Positions 1 to 12,600 of a stretch of 64,000 nucleotides of DNA are shown here, piece after piece. The stretch is from positions 14,012,001 through 14,076,000 of the forward strand of contig CM120645.1 in assembly GCA_051362555.1 (NCBI GenBank). Direction: 5' to 3'. The notes beneath the pieces were generated by a model. The model ran no database searches, was not told where the DNA came from, and saw nothing but the letters and a program-made list of their open reading frames with translations. The position numbers were made by a program, and so were the translations under genes. Within the stretch, counting starts at the first letter, position 1. Each line of letters begins with the position of its first letter. This stretch comes from Lingula anatina. Lineage: Eukaryota; Animalia; Brachiopoda.

Positions 1-40
1 TATATAACAATAAGAATAGAGGTGCAGTTGTTTATATAAC

Positions 41-205
41 CAGGGGCGGATCCAATAAATATTTTCTGCCAGCCTTTCAAATTTTTTTTGTTGACCCATC
101 CTCCATTTTTGACCGTCTTCCGACAACGGGTATTTACCGTCAATGTAAACTTGGAAATCTGACCGTCTTCCGGAAGACCTAGAAGACGGCCTCAATCCGC
201 CGCTG
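41..205. mobile_element. MITE-like non-autonomous DNA element, family with CAGGGGCGGAT...ATCCGCCCCTG termini (copy 1)
   Basis: It has terminal inverted repeats and an internal GACCGTCTTC/GAAGACGG core shared with copies at 47233-47400, 56472-56641 and 63453-63600. ATAAC flanks both ends here (possible TSD). Confidence 0.8.
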
Positions 206-304
206 ATAACCACAAACTAGAAAATACAATGGCATGAGGATTAAGTTGTATCGTTAGTGATAGGATATATGTAAGCTTGTTCATCACCCATGACAAACAG
301 TTGA

Positions 305-377
305 TCCTCGATAGTATAGTGGTGAGTATCCCCGTCCTGTCACGCGGGTGACCGGGGTTCAATTCCCCGTCGGGGAG
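305..377 (+). tRNA. trnD-GTC: tRNA-Asp(GTC)-like, 1-nt insertion in the anticodon arm (possible pseudogene)
   Basis: It matches the canonical copy at 12853-12924 except for an extra T (cccgTcctgtcacgcggg) and an A>T change in the variable loop. A and B boxes are intact and TTTTT follows at 388-392. Confidence 0.8.
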
Positions 378-401
378 GTGGTAGTGATTTTTGCGTAATT
401 T

Positions 402-914
402 CCTCCGCCAAGGAGGTTATGTTGTCACCCGTGTTTGTCTGTTTGTTTGTCTGTCACCAACATAACTCAAAAAGTTATGGACCGATTTTGATGAAATTTT
501 CAGGAACTGTCAGAAGTGGGCCAAGGAAGAGATGATCAGTTTTTGGTGTTGATCCGGATCAATAATCAATCAATAATCAATGATCAAAAATCAATCATCT
601 ACATAACTCCAAAAGTTATGGACCGATTTTGATGAAATTTTCAGGAACTGTCAGAAGTGGGCCAAGGAACAGATGACCAGTTTTTGGTGGTGATCCGGAT
701 CAATAATCAATCAATAATCAAAAATCAATCATCAACATAACTCCAAAAGTTATGGACCGATTTTGGATGAAATTTTCAGGGTAGCTCAGAAATGGGTTAA
801 CTTAGAAGTGATTAGTTTTTGGTGGTGATCTGGATCAATAATCAATCAATAATCAATAATAATATCAAAAACTGCTGCCTTGGCGGAGGTCTGCGCTCTC
901 GGAGTGCTTTTCTA
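402..914 (+). mobile_element. Non-autonomous Helentron-associated element (HINE/DINE-1-like) with internal tandem array
   Basis: Subterminal inverted repeats CCTCCGCCAAGG (402-413) and CCTTGGCGGAGG (878-889), a 3' hairpin GCGCTCTCGGAGTGC, a GTTT/GTCT microsatellite, and three ~135-140 bp tandem units starting CATAACTC at about 461, 603 and 736. Confidence 0.8.
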
Positions 915-1190
915 CATGTAGTTTTTATTGCTGTGATGAGTTTTTGTAAATGTCCACGTATTGGTTTCCGTAAATTCACAATAGCCAGAATAGCACAAAA
1001 GCCAAGGAAGTTTTTTTTTTTTTTTTTTTTTTTTTGACTGATCCCGTTAAAAAATCAAGATGTTAAAGCGAGCACGTGTTTAAAAAAAGAAAAATTAATT
1101 ATTTAATTGCATTTATTTTACCATTGATCAATATTAAAAAAAACAAAAACATTCATGTTTTTTATTTTATTATTTTTTATTTGTCTCATT

Positions 1191-2276
1191 CTACCAATCT
1201 TCTTCTGTATAGAATTCCTTCCAGAAAAACTCCGTCTCAGATTTCACTTTCTGGACGTGTTTGAGGGAGAGGACCGTCCTCCACCTGTCTATCTGAGCTA
1301 GAGCGTTTAGCTTAATCTGGTGATAAGATTTTGTTTTGTCTTTATTTTTATCAGAGGTTATATACTTCACTCTTTCCTCTATCTGCGTCGTGTAATTAAA
1401 ACCTACAAAATCGTATATATCCTTCGACGCCTTATTGGGATTTCTGCAAAAGTCTTCGTGTCTCTGAAACATCCACTGATCAGGCTTCGTGTCGGCAAAC
1501 CTTTTGTACAAATCCAGAAGAATACGAAGTTGGAATACTCGAGCCTCTAAGAAACTATCGATTTTCTCATCCGTGCAGGCGTTTCGTTTGAAGTTTTGAC
1601 TTCTAGCGCAGTCACTGGCTATCAGGCTCGCTGGATGACGGATTTTTACGACGACCAACATATTGAATTCGTCAGCAAGCAAGTCGGAATATTTCAACGC
1701 CAAGGGGTCCTTGATCACCACCCTAAGTGTGCTGTCCCCTGTTTTACACTTCGAGAAAAGATCCTGAAAGTATTCCACCCAGGGCGCTGGCTTGATTTTG
1801 GTTATGATATCTAACTTTCGTTCAGCCTCTGGTTTCTGCATCTGTCCCGGACAGTAATTCTTGGTGTCGGTGCTCATGGGTTCATGGTAATATTTCGTGT
1901 GTTTCGCAAATCCGACGATCTCTCCCGTGACTGTAGTGCCACCTCGCGGACAGCCAGTTATAAGAACGTCGGCCTTGCTTTTTTCGACGTGCGATTCCAA
2001 TTTGTCGTCACCGTTAAAAATATTGTCGTCATTGTTTGCATCTTCTTCCTTTTCCGATATTTCGTTTCTTTCTGCCTCACGCGATAAAGCTAATGCGTCG
2101 GAATTGTGTATGCTATTAATTTTCAATGGTGCTTGTCGCCTGTCTTCACTTTTTCCGTGAGGTTGAGTCACTATTAAGAAACTTGTCAGCTGGACAATAA
2201 TGACGACAATCGCCAGCGTTTTGACAAATGTCGATTTTAGTCTCCTGTCCCATCTACAGCACATTGTCACAGACAT
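1191..2276 (-). CDS. Golgi-type (type II membrane) sulfotransferase, carbohydrate sulfotransferase-like
   Basis: 361-aa ORF from the ATG at 2276. It has a short basic tail, a TM anchor (TLAIVVIIVQLTSFLIV), an acidic stem, the 5'-PSB motif VLITGCPRGGTT, the 3'-PB motif IRHPASLIAS and the C-terminal pattern RHEDFCRNP...IYDFVG...IDRWRTVL. A splice acceptor at ~2288 implies upstream exon(s), probably 5'UTR. Confidence 0.88.
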   Translation of the reverse strand: MSVTMCCRWDRRLKSTFVKTLAIVVIIVQLTSFLIVTQPHGKSEDRRQAPLKINSIHNSDALALSREAERNEISEKEEDANNDDNIFNGDDKLESHVEKSKADVLITGCPRGGTTVTGEIVGFAKHTKYYHEPMSTDTKNYCPGQMQKPEAERKLDIITKIKPAPWVEYFQDLFSKCKTGDSTLRVVIKDPLALKYSDLLADEFNMLVVVKIRHPASLIASDCARSQNFKRNACTDEKIDSFLEARVFQLRILLDLYKRFADTKPDQWMFQRHEDFCRNPNKASKDIYDFVGFNYTTQIEERVKYITSDKNKDKTKSYHQIKLNALAQIDRWRTVLSLKHVQKVKSETEFFWKEFYTEEDW

Positions 2277-5200
2277 CACAGAGCCGTCTGAAATAATAAT
2301 AATAAAACAACAAATGTTGAAATATCACCTTAACAAGGGCGGATTTGAATTCTTGATTGAGCAGAAGAGCTTTCAGATATCACAAGTCAAAAATCCAGTT
2401 AATCCGAAATTCAGTCAATGTCTGTAGGACGATCCTACAACAGCAGTGCCAATCTACTGCTGTTACTATTATTATTATAGCACCCCCTTTGCACTCACAA
2501 TCATTGCCTGTTTAACTCACTTTTTATTAACGGCATTCATAAACTGTAAAATACGCTACATGTAGTACAAATATGACCACAGAGTCTTTATAATATGTTT
2601 AGAACTAATGTCATTTGATGAATATTGTTATGTCCACTGTACATTGTCAACTGTCTACATTTTTAAAGTTTATTATAACTTTAAGGGTTAAAGTAAAAAT
2701 ACAACTTGATTTGTAAAAATGCATTCAAAAGTCGTAAGCTGAACCCAGACGTAAAAATGAGAACGTTTCCGCTTATCAGGTCTTTTGCTATCTCAGAACA
2801 GAAGCACTGTTAATTACAGACGGTACTGGAAAGGAATACAGGGGGGAATTCACCACATTCGTGGCCATTCCCAGGCCATTCACGAATCTCTTCTTAAAAA
2901 ACGGGCCTGTTTAAATTAGAAATCACCTCTTCACAATTTTCTGATATCATTGTAACTTGGTCTATTCCGAAAAGAGGATTTCTGCAAGTAATTTTTGACA
3001 CAGTGAAAAGTAAGAATAAATTATTTTCTTACTGCAGTTGGGGATCGCCTGCCCTTAATCTCGGAGGCACTGTCTTTTTCCTGTCAAAAACAACATGACA
3101 AGCGAAACAAGCTTTTCCTATGCCCTAGATATTACTTTTGGCATGAAGAGCGAAACGACAGTAAAAAATCCTTACGCTCCCCTCCTCTCCCCTCCACCTT
3201 ATAAAAACCCTGAGATCCGAGTGATACAAGGTGGTACTGCATCAGATACTGAAGTAGAACTACACAGAGAACAGGGGTAGCGTGTGAGGATTTATTCGCC
3301 TAAAAGTCAGGTCAGTCACTTTCCGTAAGGTCTGCGAATCATGTACATAAATATTCATTTAGATGCCATCATGTCATTTATAGAGTAATCCTCTGTGTAT
3401 AAGCCATTTAACTAGGACAAGAAAGGCCCCCAGTGTCTACTGCAGGCTGTAGTTTACATCACCGGCATTTCTAATCGCGTGTTCTCCGCTATTAGCTTCA
3501 TATACTACCGAGTAATAAACACATCACTCGTTGTGCTTGTCGCAGTAATGAATTTTATACTGAACACAGTTCAACAGTTCTTTAATTTTTTTGGAGAAAT
3601 AGAGTATAGTAATGATACATGTACATGCATTATAGTATTTCTTTACTTCTTGAACTTTTGAGGAGAAATAAAATAGTGATACATACCCTATTATATTTCA
3701 AAATTATGGAATATTCCGGTAGGCCATCAATGCTGTGATAACAATAAGATTAAACGCATAAATAAATGAATTATTGAACCCTCTCTTCCTTGGGTTACAC
3801 AAGTTCTGAGGCATTAACGACAGAGGGAACCTCAAAACTATTCTCTCTGTACAGATATCTCAGATATAATGTCCAGTATAAAAAGTTTCACCACCTTTTG
3901 AGCACTAAAATATGACTTGACTCCACTATAATAACTTACTTATTGTTTAATTGTCAGCGAGTCAATTATTTTGTGATAAGAGTCGCAGTAAAATGGAAAT
4001 CAAAATACAAACATGCATCTCTGGTTTTCGACACATTGCACAGTTCTTCGACATAATAACGATTATTCTGTCCAAGCACAATTTAAAATAGAGCACCTAT
4101 GGACTTACGTATGCCTCAGCTTGGGTCCATGAAAATAATAACATGTAAGACCAAAGCACATCTATTTCATCCAGTTGCAATCGTGGTCTGAGGACGCAAT
4201 GTGACGAGTTATGATGAAAATACAGTATGACTGTCTTCACAGTTAATTCCTGTACTAGCTGTGAGGACTCTATCCCCGGGTATTCCACCACAAAGCATTA
4301 GTCGGGGGTCGTGGAAACGACACATTTTCTTCTCCTACACTCCCTCCTCCAATGTCTGGTGGCATTTACAAAAATAATAAGTCTACCCCGAATCAATCCG
4401 TCCCCAAAACAGAGAGAAGAGGCATTGTCCCTTCTGACGCTTCGTCTGCATATATTTTAACTACAGAAATACCATTGTAACAAAAAGCAATTAACCTGTC
4501 GCGGTGTCCGTGTGTCATTTATTGTTCAAAATACTGGTGTTTACATAATATGTGCATGTGTACCGTTTTAACTAGTATTGACACCTGGCTTGTAGAGGAA
4601 AGGCTGCAATAGAGTGATCCTCTGTGCTGGTATATATTAAATAGATATAGTGAAAGCATTATGTACGTAGATACACAACTTGCGTGTTTGTGTGTGTGCA
4701 CGCGCGTGCGAGCGTGTGTGTGTGAACGCGTCGCGTTGCGTATCTGAAATACTCTTGTGCATGCAGAGAGATGCATATAATGTAAGTATTATTTGCTTTG
4801 TGTTAACTATACAATTGGATGATCAAAATAGTAGGTGAACCAGAAATAGTGACAGTCCCATACGCGCCTCCCATCTCTAACCGGAGTCCTACACTTCACA
4901 TAAAGCTTGGATTATGTCCAAGCATAAAGGCACCTCTGTGTAACACGATGGTATCATACATACTAAAAAGCCATAAACAAAGGAGGCTATTACTTAATCC
5001 ATTGTATGGTATCGAGAAGGCGAGATGACTGCAAATTGCACGGTTGACCAAAATGTAAGATGGGCCATATATTGAGGAGGTGGGCGTTGCATTTTGCGAA
5101 ATGTCCGGTCTCCAATATGCCTCCTCCGGCTAATAAGTGACATCACATCACTGAGAACGTTAGGTCATGGACCCATTATATCATGAGCCCAAGGTAAAAT

Positions 5201-5484
5201 AAAAATCTCCTTTCGTTAATCTAATGTTATTTCTGTGGGCTCTCCGTAGTTCGCGATTGGTAGGTGAACATGCTGTATTTCAGAATGTTGTTATACTTAA
5301 CAAACACACTGTATTTAACACTGGCCATTGGTGTTCAAACTGTATTAGGGAGAAAAATGCACTCATTTGCCAATCCTAGTTACTGGCCGGTGTTGTGAGC
5401 AAGGAACCTGTATATCAAATAAATACACTACTGGGTATTAAATCAATTCTTCCATTGCAGCAAGGTAAGACTGGTGTCTCATCC

Positions 5485-5485
<1 letters not shown>

Positions 5486-5515
<30 letters not shown>

Positions 5516-5516
5516 A
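5486..5516. repeat. Poly-C tract (~31 nt)
   Basis: Uninterrupted C run (G run on the minus strand). Confidence 0.9.
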
Positions 5517-6522
5517 CTAACCCCGCAGCCGACATAAAATTCCTTTAATGCTTCTCTTACCTTGCTACCAGTATGTCTCGGTGCCTGTTGCTTGGAAAAA
5601 TGATGGTTAGTTCCTTCGTCGTCTTTTACCCAACTACCACTACCGTATCTTCTGTTTGTCTTCTACTATTACGCTCCATATAAACCTGCCAGATGGAAAG
5701 GATCTGCAGAATTATTCACGAAATAGTGTTGATTATAAAAAATGTCATACTTTGCATATAAGCAATGAGGGTCTTTAGGAAGAATCTTACAAGCGAGGTT
5801 TGATTATATTTATTCTTTTGGCACATGACAACGATATGTAGCCTCGCTGTTTTTCAACTTGACGTTCTTTTGTCGCCCTGTCGGTCGATGCAGCAATTTT
5901 TTGGAAAATAAGTTGACTGTACAAAAAACACAATTTTGCACCTTCAAGCTTCGTAACACGTTTTCATATCATATGCCCCGTACTTCTACAAGTATTCTTT
6001 GCTCAAAATGCAAAAAGAAAAAATATAATCAAATCATGCCGTCGAAAAAACCGCATCAACTTCGCACTCACGGCTTCACACCCGTGTACTCCCAGCTAAA
6101 AATGACCGGTAAGCTTCATGTCTTATACCACTCGACGTTACATGACTGGCACGCACTTTCGGCACAATCCCGTCTCTTCCGGTAGGCCTACCCTTTATTA
6201 ATAAAAGCGGTAGGTATATCCAGTCATGGACAAAACAACCAATACTCTCTCATATAGTTATTTGTCCAACAGTGGAAAACTTTAGGCTCTGAATGATAAC
6301 GATGAATGAATGATACCCTGTGCGTTAGAATCAGATAGCCGATATGGTCACGTGACCATACAGTCGAGCGAGTATGATTTAACTGCATGGCCACGCGGAA
6401 TGGAATCTATTTCTTTAAGATCAAGAGTCTGTAAGATCTTACATATAGATGAAATACTAACGAAAGTAAAAGTATTTTCTTTCACATAGGAAAACAAAGG
6501 GTGAATGTTGTGTATTAAAATA

Positions 6523-6748
6523 TCCCTAACGAAAAAGTCTTATAGGATCCTATAAGATCCTATAGTATCCTATAGGAAATTGAGCCGATTTCCTATAGAA
6601 CCATATAGTATCTCTAATCCCTAACGAAAAAGTCCTATAGGATCCTATAAGATACTATATGGTTCTATAGGAAATCGGCTCAATTTCCTATAGAACCATA
6701 TAGTATCTTATAGGATCCTATAGGACTTTTTCGTTAGGGATTAGAGAT
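6523..6748. repeat. Perfect palindrome (66-bp arms, 7-nt loop) preceded by a truncated copy; foldback/MITE-like
   Basis: 6610-6675 is the exact reverse complement of 6683-6748. 6523-6611 repeats the left arm with the loop inverted. Confidence 0.9.
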
Positions 6749-7109
6749 GAATCGGTGCACGTGCGTGTTTATATACTCTTTGCTATTTAACTAAAAGTGA
6801 CACGCTGATGAAAATGATCGAGTAGATACTTCCAGGGTTAGCTGGGTTTGTTACGCAATTTCTTTCTGCTGCTGGTAGTATGGACGCTGGTGTTTTATAT
6901 ACGTTGACAATAAAGATAATTTTGATCTCTGCGAGATAACCATTTGCAGGAGATATATTCACCGGGCCTGCCCATTTTATTTTTACTACATGTTTTTTTA
7001 TTATTAAAAGTAGATTAATTATTTTAGTGTAAAAACATGATGGCATCAGAAATTGATATTATCAAACAATATTAGGGAATGTAAATAAAGACAATAGGAA
7101 TTAAACTTT

Positions 7110-7112
<3 letters not shown>

Positions 7113-7146
<34 letters not shown>
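7113..7146. repeat. (GT)n microsatellite
   Basis: Direct reading of the sequence. Confidence 0.95.
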
Positions 7147-7151
<5 letters not shown>

Positions 7152-8482
7152 GAGAGGGGGGAGGGAGAGAGGGGAGCAGAAAAAAATAAGTTGTATAAAT
7201 AATTACCAACGGGGAATAACGGAAAATAGTATCTTTGTTGTTGGACGTTGGCGGAGTGGGACCTGAACCCGCGATCTGAATACGACTTACTTGCAATAAA
7301 GCGCCGTTATGTACGTGTAATTTATATCTGGCTTAAAAAAAGTGAAAAGAGACCCCCCCCCCCTCCCTTTTTCTTCCCGTGCTTAGGACTGACGTTATTG
7401 AAAAAAATTAAAAATGGTCTAGCGCTGGTGTTCACACCTAAGAAGGGAAATTGAATAAATATTAAAGGTAGATTCTCTGGTGAATTCTACCTTATGTTTT
7501 ATGGGGTGAATTTATGTTATGCTATGCTACCAGAATTTATGTTCTGCATATTTAAAATTAAGAGGTCGTATTGGTGTATTAATATTAAGAAACCGTGGAA
7601 TATTGTGGTTGTTTGCAGGGTACATTGTTTTCAATCCCTACAACCACATTTTAACAAAATGCTACTGTTTTAAGTAACGCTAAATTTCTTTTGTATAGTA
7701 AAAAAAAGTATAAATTGAAGGGACCGCTGAAGTATTGTTTGTAAAGGGTTAGTATAATATAATTTAGCATACAGAATGCATAGTTCATTTTGCTGAGGTT
7801 TTCTTGTAAGACTCAACACTATCCGCAGCCATGGTGATTTGCATAGCTTACCAAGCACGACCATACAAGTCTTCAAACAATATACCGCGATACTAGTACT
7901 GTACTACGTATAATATATAGCCTGGAACGCCTCACGTCCTCGCTGTAGACCACCAGGTAAAATATTCAGGTGAAGTATTGAAAACATAATGGTGGAAGCA
8001 GTCAGCATGTTATTGCTATTATTATCTTACCTTCATCATAGATTAGCATCTGTTATAACTGCAATAAATCATTGTTAAGTTATAGAACTAGAAGAAGATG
8101 TATTGAAATCATTACAGGTTATTATTATTATTTTTATTAATATTATTAGATTGTTACTCAGCGTTTAATAATTGGCAATTCACTGTTTATATGCACGGTA
8201 TACATGTATATGCTGCTGAATTTACATGTAACTGTTTTTTTTCCTGCGAGGTTGTAAACTATTACAAGGTTATAAAAACTATTACAAAAAATGTCAACTC
8301 ACTAAAACGGTGACAAATTATGGTTATCATCATTCCAATGTTTTGAAACATACTGACTATAACATATATGGTGGTTTGCCTTAAAATACCTTCATCTGAT
8401 AACCAGACCAGTTTGTAATAGTATACCAGAGATTTATCGATTTGTCACAGTGTAGGTAATTGGGCCCGGGGACACGGAGGCA

Positions 8483-8679
8483 GCATTCACAACCAAAGTT
8501 GATCCGCGGGCTAACAGATCCGCGGATCAAATATGGCCGAACCACTTGAAAGCATACCGCATGCTCCCCTATTACACACTGAATAGATTCCCCGCGGGGA
8601 TTAGGTGGTAAGCATTCAAGTGGGGTGGCCATATTTGATCCGCAGAACTGTTAGTCCGCGATCAAAGTGTTCTGAATGC
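8483..8679. mobile_element. Palindromic MITE (~75-bp imperfect arms)
   Basis: GCATTCA...GATCCGCGGATCAAATATGGCC...CACTTGAA is mirrored by TTCAAGTG...GGCCATATTTGATCCGC...TGAATGC. Confidence 0.75.
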
Positions 8680-11529
8680 GCCCACAGATTATATCTGACT
8701 GCAAGTGGGCATCGTATTAGTACTAGCACTAGTATATGTAGACTGAATACAGTACCCTCATTGAGGGAGAGTCGACGTGGCATATGTCAGACAGTAACTA
8801 CAGCCTCACTGTACTGGGACGTGTGGTAGGGTCAGATCAAGAATTCCAAAGTTTAAATTTTTATTTATTTATTAATTTTGATTAATTAATTATTAATTTT
8901 ATCCATTTTATTATTATTATTATTATTATTTTGAAAAAGTGGAACTTTTTATTCCCTTTGTTGTTCCAATTTGAAAAATTGTGGAATCCTGCACCTAAGT
9001 TAGTCAGCATGTTATTATCTAATTTGCTTATGTCCTGCATTAATAATTATTATTCTCTATTGTCTGGCTTTTTGTACATAATAAACACACTTTAGATTTG
9101 AAACTGAAGATGTGAGTTTGTTCTGTAACATAAGCTTCTTTGTGCACGTGAAGTGGAAGACTGAGTCGGAGCCCTTAGATTAGTTAAATTTGTTGCCAGA
9201 AATTGATACACTGGATTTCAGTAAAATTATTAATTGAAGTGAAATTCCTATATACATGTCAAATTTTGTTTCAGAGCTGACAGTGAAAAGAAAAATTTTA
9301 ATCCTTCCAAAGAACTCCTTATTCACAGACCTGATACAGATAACTCCCAAAACATTTAAAACCCAAATAGGTTTAATTTGAATAAATATAGATTATGTTT
9401 TTATCATAATGTTTGAAAAGTCGAGTGTTTCAAAGTTATTATGTAAAATAAACAGAGGCTAATCTAAATTTTCAAATCAGTTACGCATGTTTATTCGTCA
9501 AGATTTGCCCCTATACAAACTTCACCCAATACCATTATACATTTCATATTAGATTAGCGCCGCTGTAAATATATATATTGCGGATTTAAACACGTATAAA
9601 TACACTGTAGATCCATGCGTACCAGTATATTTGTTTAGACTCGCCTTCGTGTGGATTTTACAAATACTATCCCAATGTTCTACTTTTTTATACAGTCTCA
9701 ACACGTTGCTCTCTCTACACATTTTAAAAGCGAAATCGGCTCATTTTAGCCAGTTTGATTTCTGTCCAGTTGATTTTCTGATGTAAAATTTTATGACACG
9801 ATAAACGAGATATCATTGCATTACAACATACATGTATATACATGTAGTATTCATTGCTTTGCACAATTGTCATAAATAAACATCTCCGATTTTGATACCG
9901 ATTTGATACCGAACACCGACTTACCTACATGACATATCTTTTTTCGTCAAGGTAAATGTATATGGGCTTCCTGTTAACCTCTAACGCACTAACGTGGACT
10001 TACTGCCTGCCTTCTACCAGGAGCTAAATCCCGCAGGCGTGTACGACGTGTATAAGTTGGGTGTGAAATATGACCTCTCAGTGCGACACCTCACCCAACA
10101 CTGTCGCTTCAAGATAAACTATAGACTTTACTTCACATGTGAACTGACAACCCCCGAGTGATATTAACCACAATACAATGCGTTGCCTTTTCGTATGCTA
10201 AATCTTCTCCGACTATTCACTTTTACTCCAACCGCGCGCGACCGCATATTAAAATGTGAATTGCAATGACGCGGGTATTTAACTCGCATCATTGTAGGTA
10301 TGGAGACACACACGCATATACACACGTAATCACCTACGCGCACACGCGCGCGCACACACACAGCGAAAGATGGTTGTGTCTGGTAGTCCTGCGGTTCTAA
10401 AATTATTCGAAGTCCAACTCTAACATGAAGAAATACAAACTTTTATGATTTCGAAAATGAGAATGACCTTTTTGCTATATTTACAATCATTTGTACTAGT
10501 GTGGTCCGTATAATTTCATACCGGTAATATTAGTGTGCATGTATTTACATGTATATTTTCATAGGCACATGCTTACACTAGTATTGGCTACGGAAATACA
10601 TTAGATGAATATGTTAAACGAAAAAAGAAAAAACGAATCCTTACCTGTTACCAATGTGGACAGATATTTTATGATCAGTTTGTCCTCTTACAAATAATAA
10701 CCAACGTGTACTGCTACAATCTATGGAAATACAGAAAGGTTACAACATTTTGGATCTTTAAAGCATTATATCACCAATTTATCCTGATGTCTCGCGCCTT
10801 TCTTATCTACCAAGCTGAAAAATTATTTGCTTCACTTCTTTTGACACAGTAATCTTTAAACGAAATCAAAATATGACGAGGAAATATTTCACGCCTTGGT
10901 TTTATTGGTTACGATAACTCCGTGCACGACGTATTATTACATACATTGGATGGCAAAATAGAATTTACATTTAAATGTTCCGCTGCTAATGACTGTTATT
11001 TACGTTGATATCAACCAAAAAGAGAATCTAAGTCTTCGGTTGACATTTTAATGTTCCGCTGCTAATGACTACTATTTACTTTGATATCAAATAAAAAAGA
11101 GGACCTAAGTCTACGGTTGACATAAAATTATAGTCTACATAATATTACCAGCAGCATGAATAATTAATATACAGAGAGTAACGCGGTGGTTAGACGGGTT
11201 ACCTTTCACCTTGCAGGTAGGATCGAACAAAAGGATATCCTCCTCCTGGGGCAGTTCCGCCCGCACAGTAACCCTCTCCGGGGCTCTCCCCCTCCCTCTT
11301 GCAACATCCCCACTTTCTGGACGAGCCCACTCACCTTTCCCCTTCACCTATCGGTTACTTTCAATGTTTTTTTTTTCTTTAAAAAAAGTTGTTGTCTACA
11401 TTTTGATAGCTGTTCTGTTCTCACTACTAGCTTTAATCTTTAGATTTAAATGCTGATATTTGTCAAACTATTTCCGAAAATATACCATCCACGCCAGTTT
11501 TCGCGCTATGTGGTGTATTATTGTATTAT

Positions 11530-11532
<3 letters not shown>

Positions 11533-11580
<48 letters not shown>
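11533..11580. repeat. (TA)n microsatellite
   Basis: Direct reading of the sequence. Confidence 0.95.
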
Positions 11581-11583
<3 letters not shown>

Positions 11584-11610
11584 ATTATTAATCTGCTTAA
11601 CGTCATGTAA

Positions 11611-11682
11611 TCCTCGATAGTATAGTGGTGAGTATCCCCGCCTGTCACGCGGGAGACCAGGGTTCAATTCCCCGTCGAGGAG
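11611..11682 (+). tRNA. trnD-GTC: tRNA-Asp(GTC), variant with an A-C mismatch in the T stem
   Basis: 72-nt cloverleaf with anticodon loop CTGTCAC and T stem cAggg/ccccg. A TTTTT terminator lies a few nt downstream. Confidence 0.88.
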
Positions 11683-12384
11683 GGGAATTTTTCCGAAAAA
11701 AAGAGGAATTTTAAATGAAATTAATGAATTAATTATTTAAAGGCGGTGTATATTTTCAAGTTACGATCCAGACATCGCTTTCTTCCTTCCGCTACCAATG
11801 TATTAAAGGTACATACGAACCGAGCATCGGTGGAGCGTGGATTCCTTGTAACACATGTAAACCACTTCTACTAGATTCTTATATGACTCAAATAATTTCG
11901 ACATGCCAAGGGATAAACTGAATAGATCACTCGATCAGCCATAAAAGACCTTTAGACTGCTCCTTTCTTTAAATTTATGGTTGTAAATTTAACCTACTTC
12001 CGTGACCTACTTTCCTGCCCCATTGACATACAGCTAAGAATACCAGCAGAAAAATCTGTTCAAACATCATTTTCGGGTAAAATTAAACTACGCCTTTTGG
12101 TAATTCTCTTAGTTATACTACTTGAAACTATATGCTGGCATTTTGGTTGGTTTCTGTGAGAAAAAATTGACTTTGTATGTATCTTTAAAATATACTGTAG
12201 TTTTATTTGTACATGTGTTCAGATTCGCCTTTGTGTAGATTTTACAAATACCCTTTCAACATTTTACTTTTTATCCAAAGCATCTCAACACTTCTACACA
12301 TTTTCAAAAGCGACTTTGATAAATCTAATACACGTGCAGCCAATTTAAAACTCACCTGTCTGATTATTAGAGAACTTAATCCAG

Positions 12385-12600
12385 AACCCCCTCCGGTGGC
12401 CAGCTCAATCCATAGATCAGAACCTCACTGGTAATGTGTGGGATCCTCGGAAATGAATAACTAATGGATTACCTTGCAAGCAAAAAAGATCTCATACCGT
12501 CTTTGGAGCGTATGTGGAATGGCATTCCGGCACAAACGTTACGAAACTTATTGACTTTACGCACAGACGCGTTAGGTGCGTCCTCCTTGGTTTTATTGGT
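12385..12600 (+). pseudogene. Tc1-family transposase C-terminal remnant
   Basis: It translates to WPAQSIDQNLTGNVWD (decayed WPxxSPDLNPIENxW) and, after a frameshift, LERMWNGIPAQTLRNL. Confidence 0.7.

Noticed and set aside
461-870. Regularly spaced repeats resembling a CRISPR array
   Set aside because: Whole units repeat with no unique spacers. They are the internal array of a HINE element in a eukaryotic genome.
7248-7310. tRNA-like 3' half on the minus strand (GCGGGTTCAGGTCCCACTCCGCCA)
   Set aside because: The B box is degenerate and there is no matching acceptor 5' strand or D arm. At most a decayed tRNA/SINE relic.
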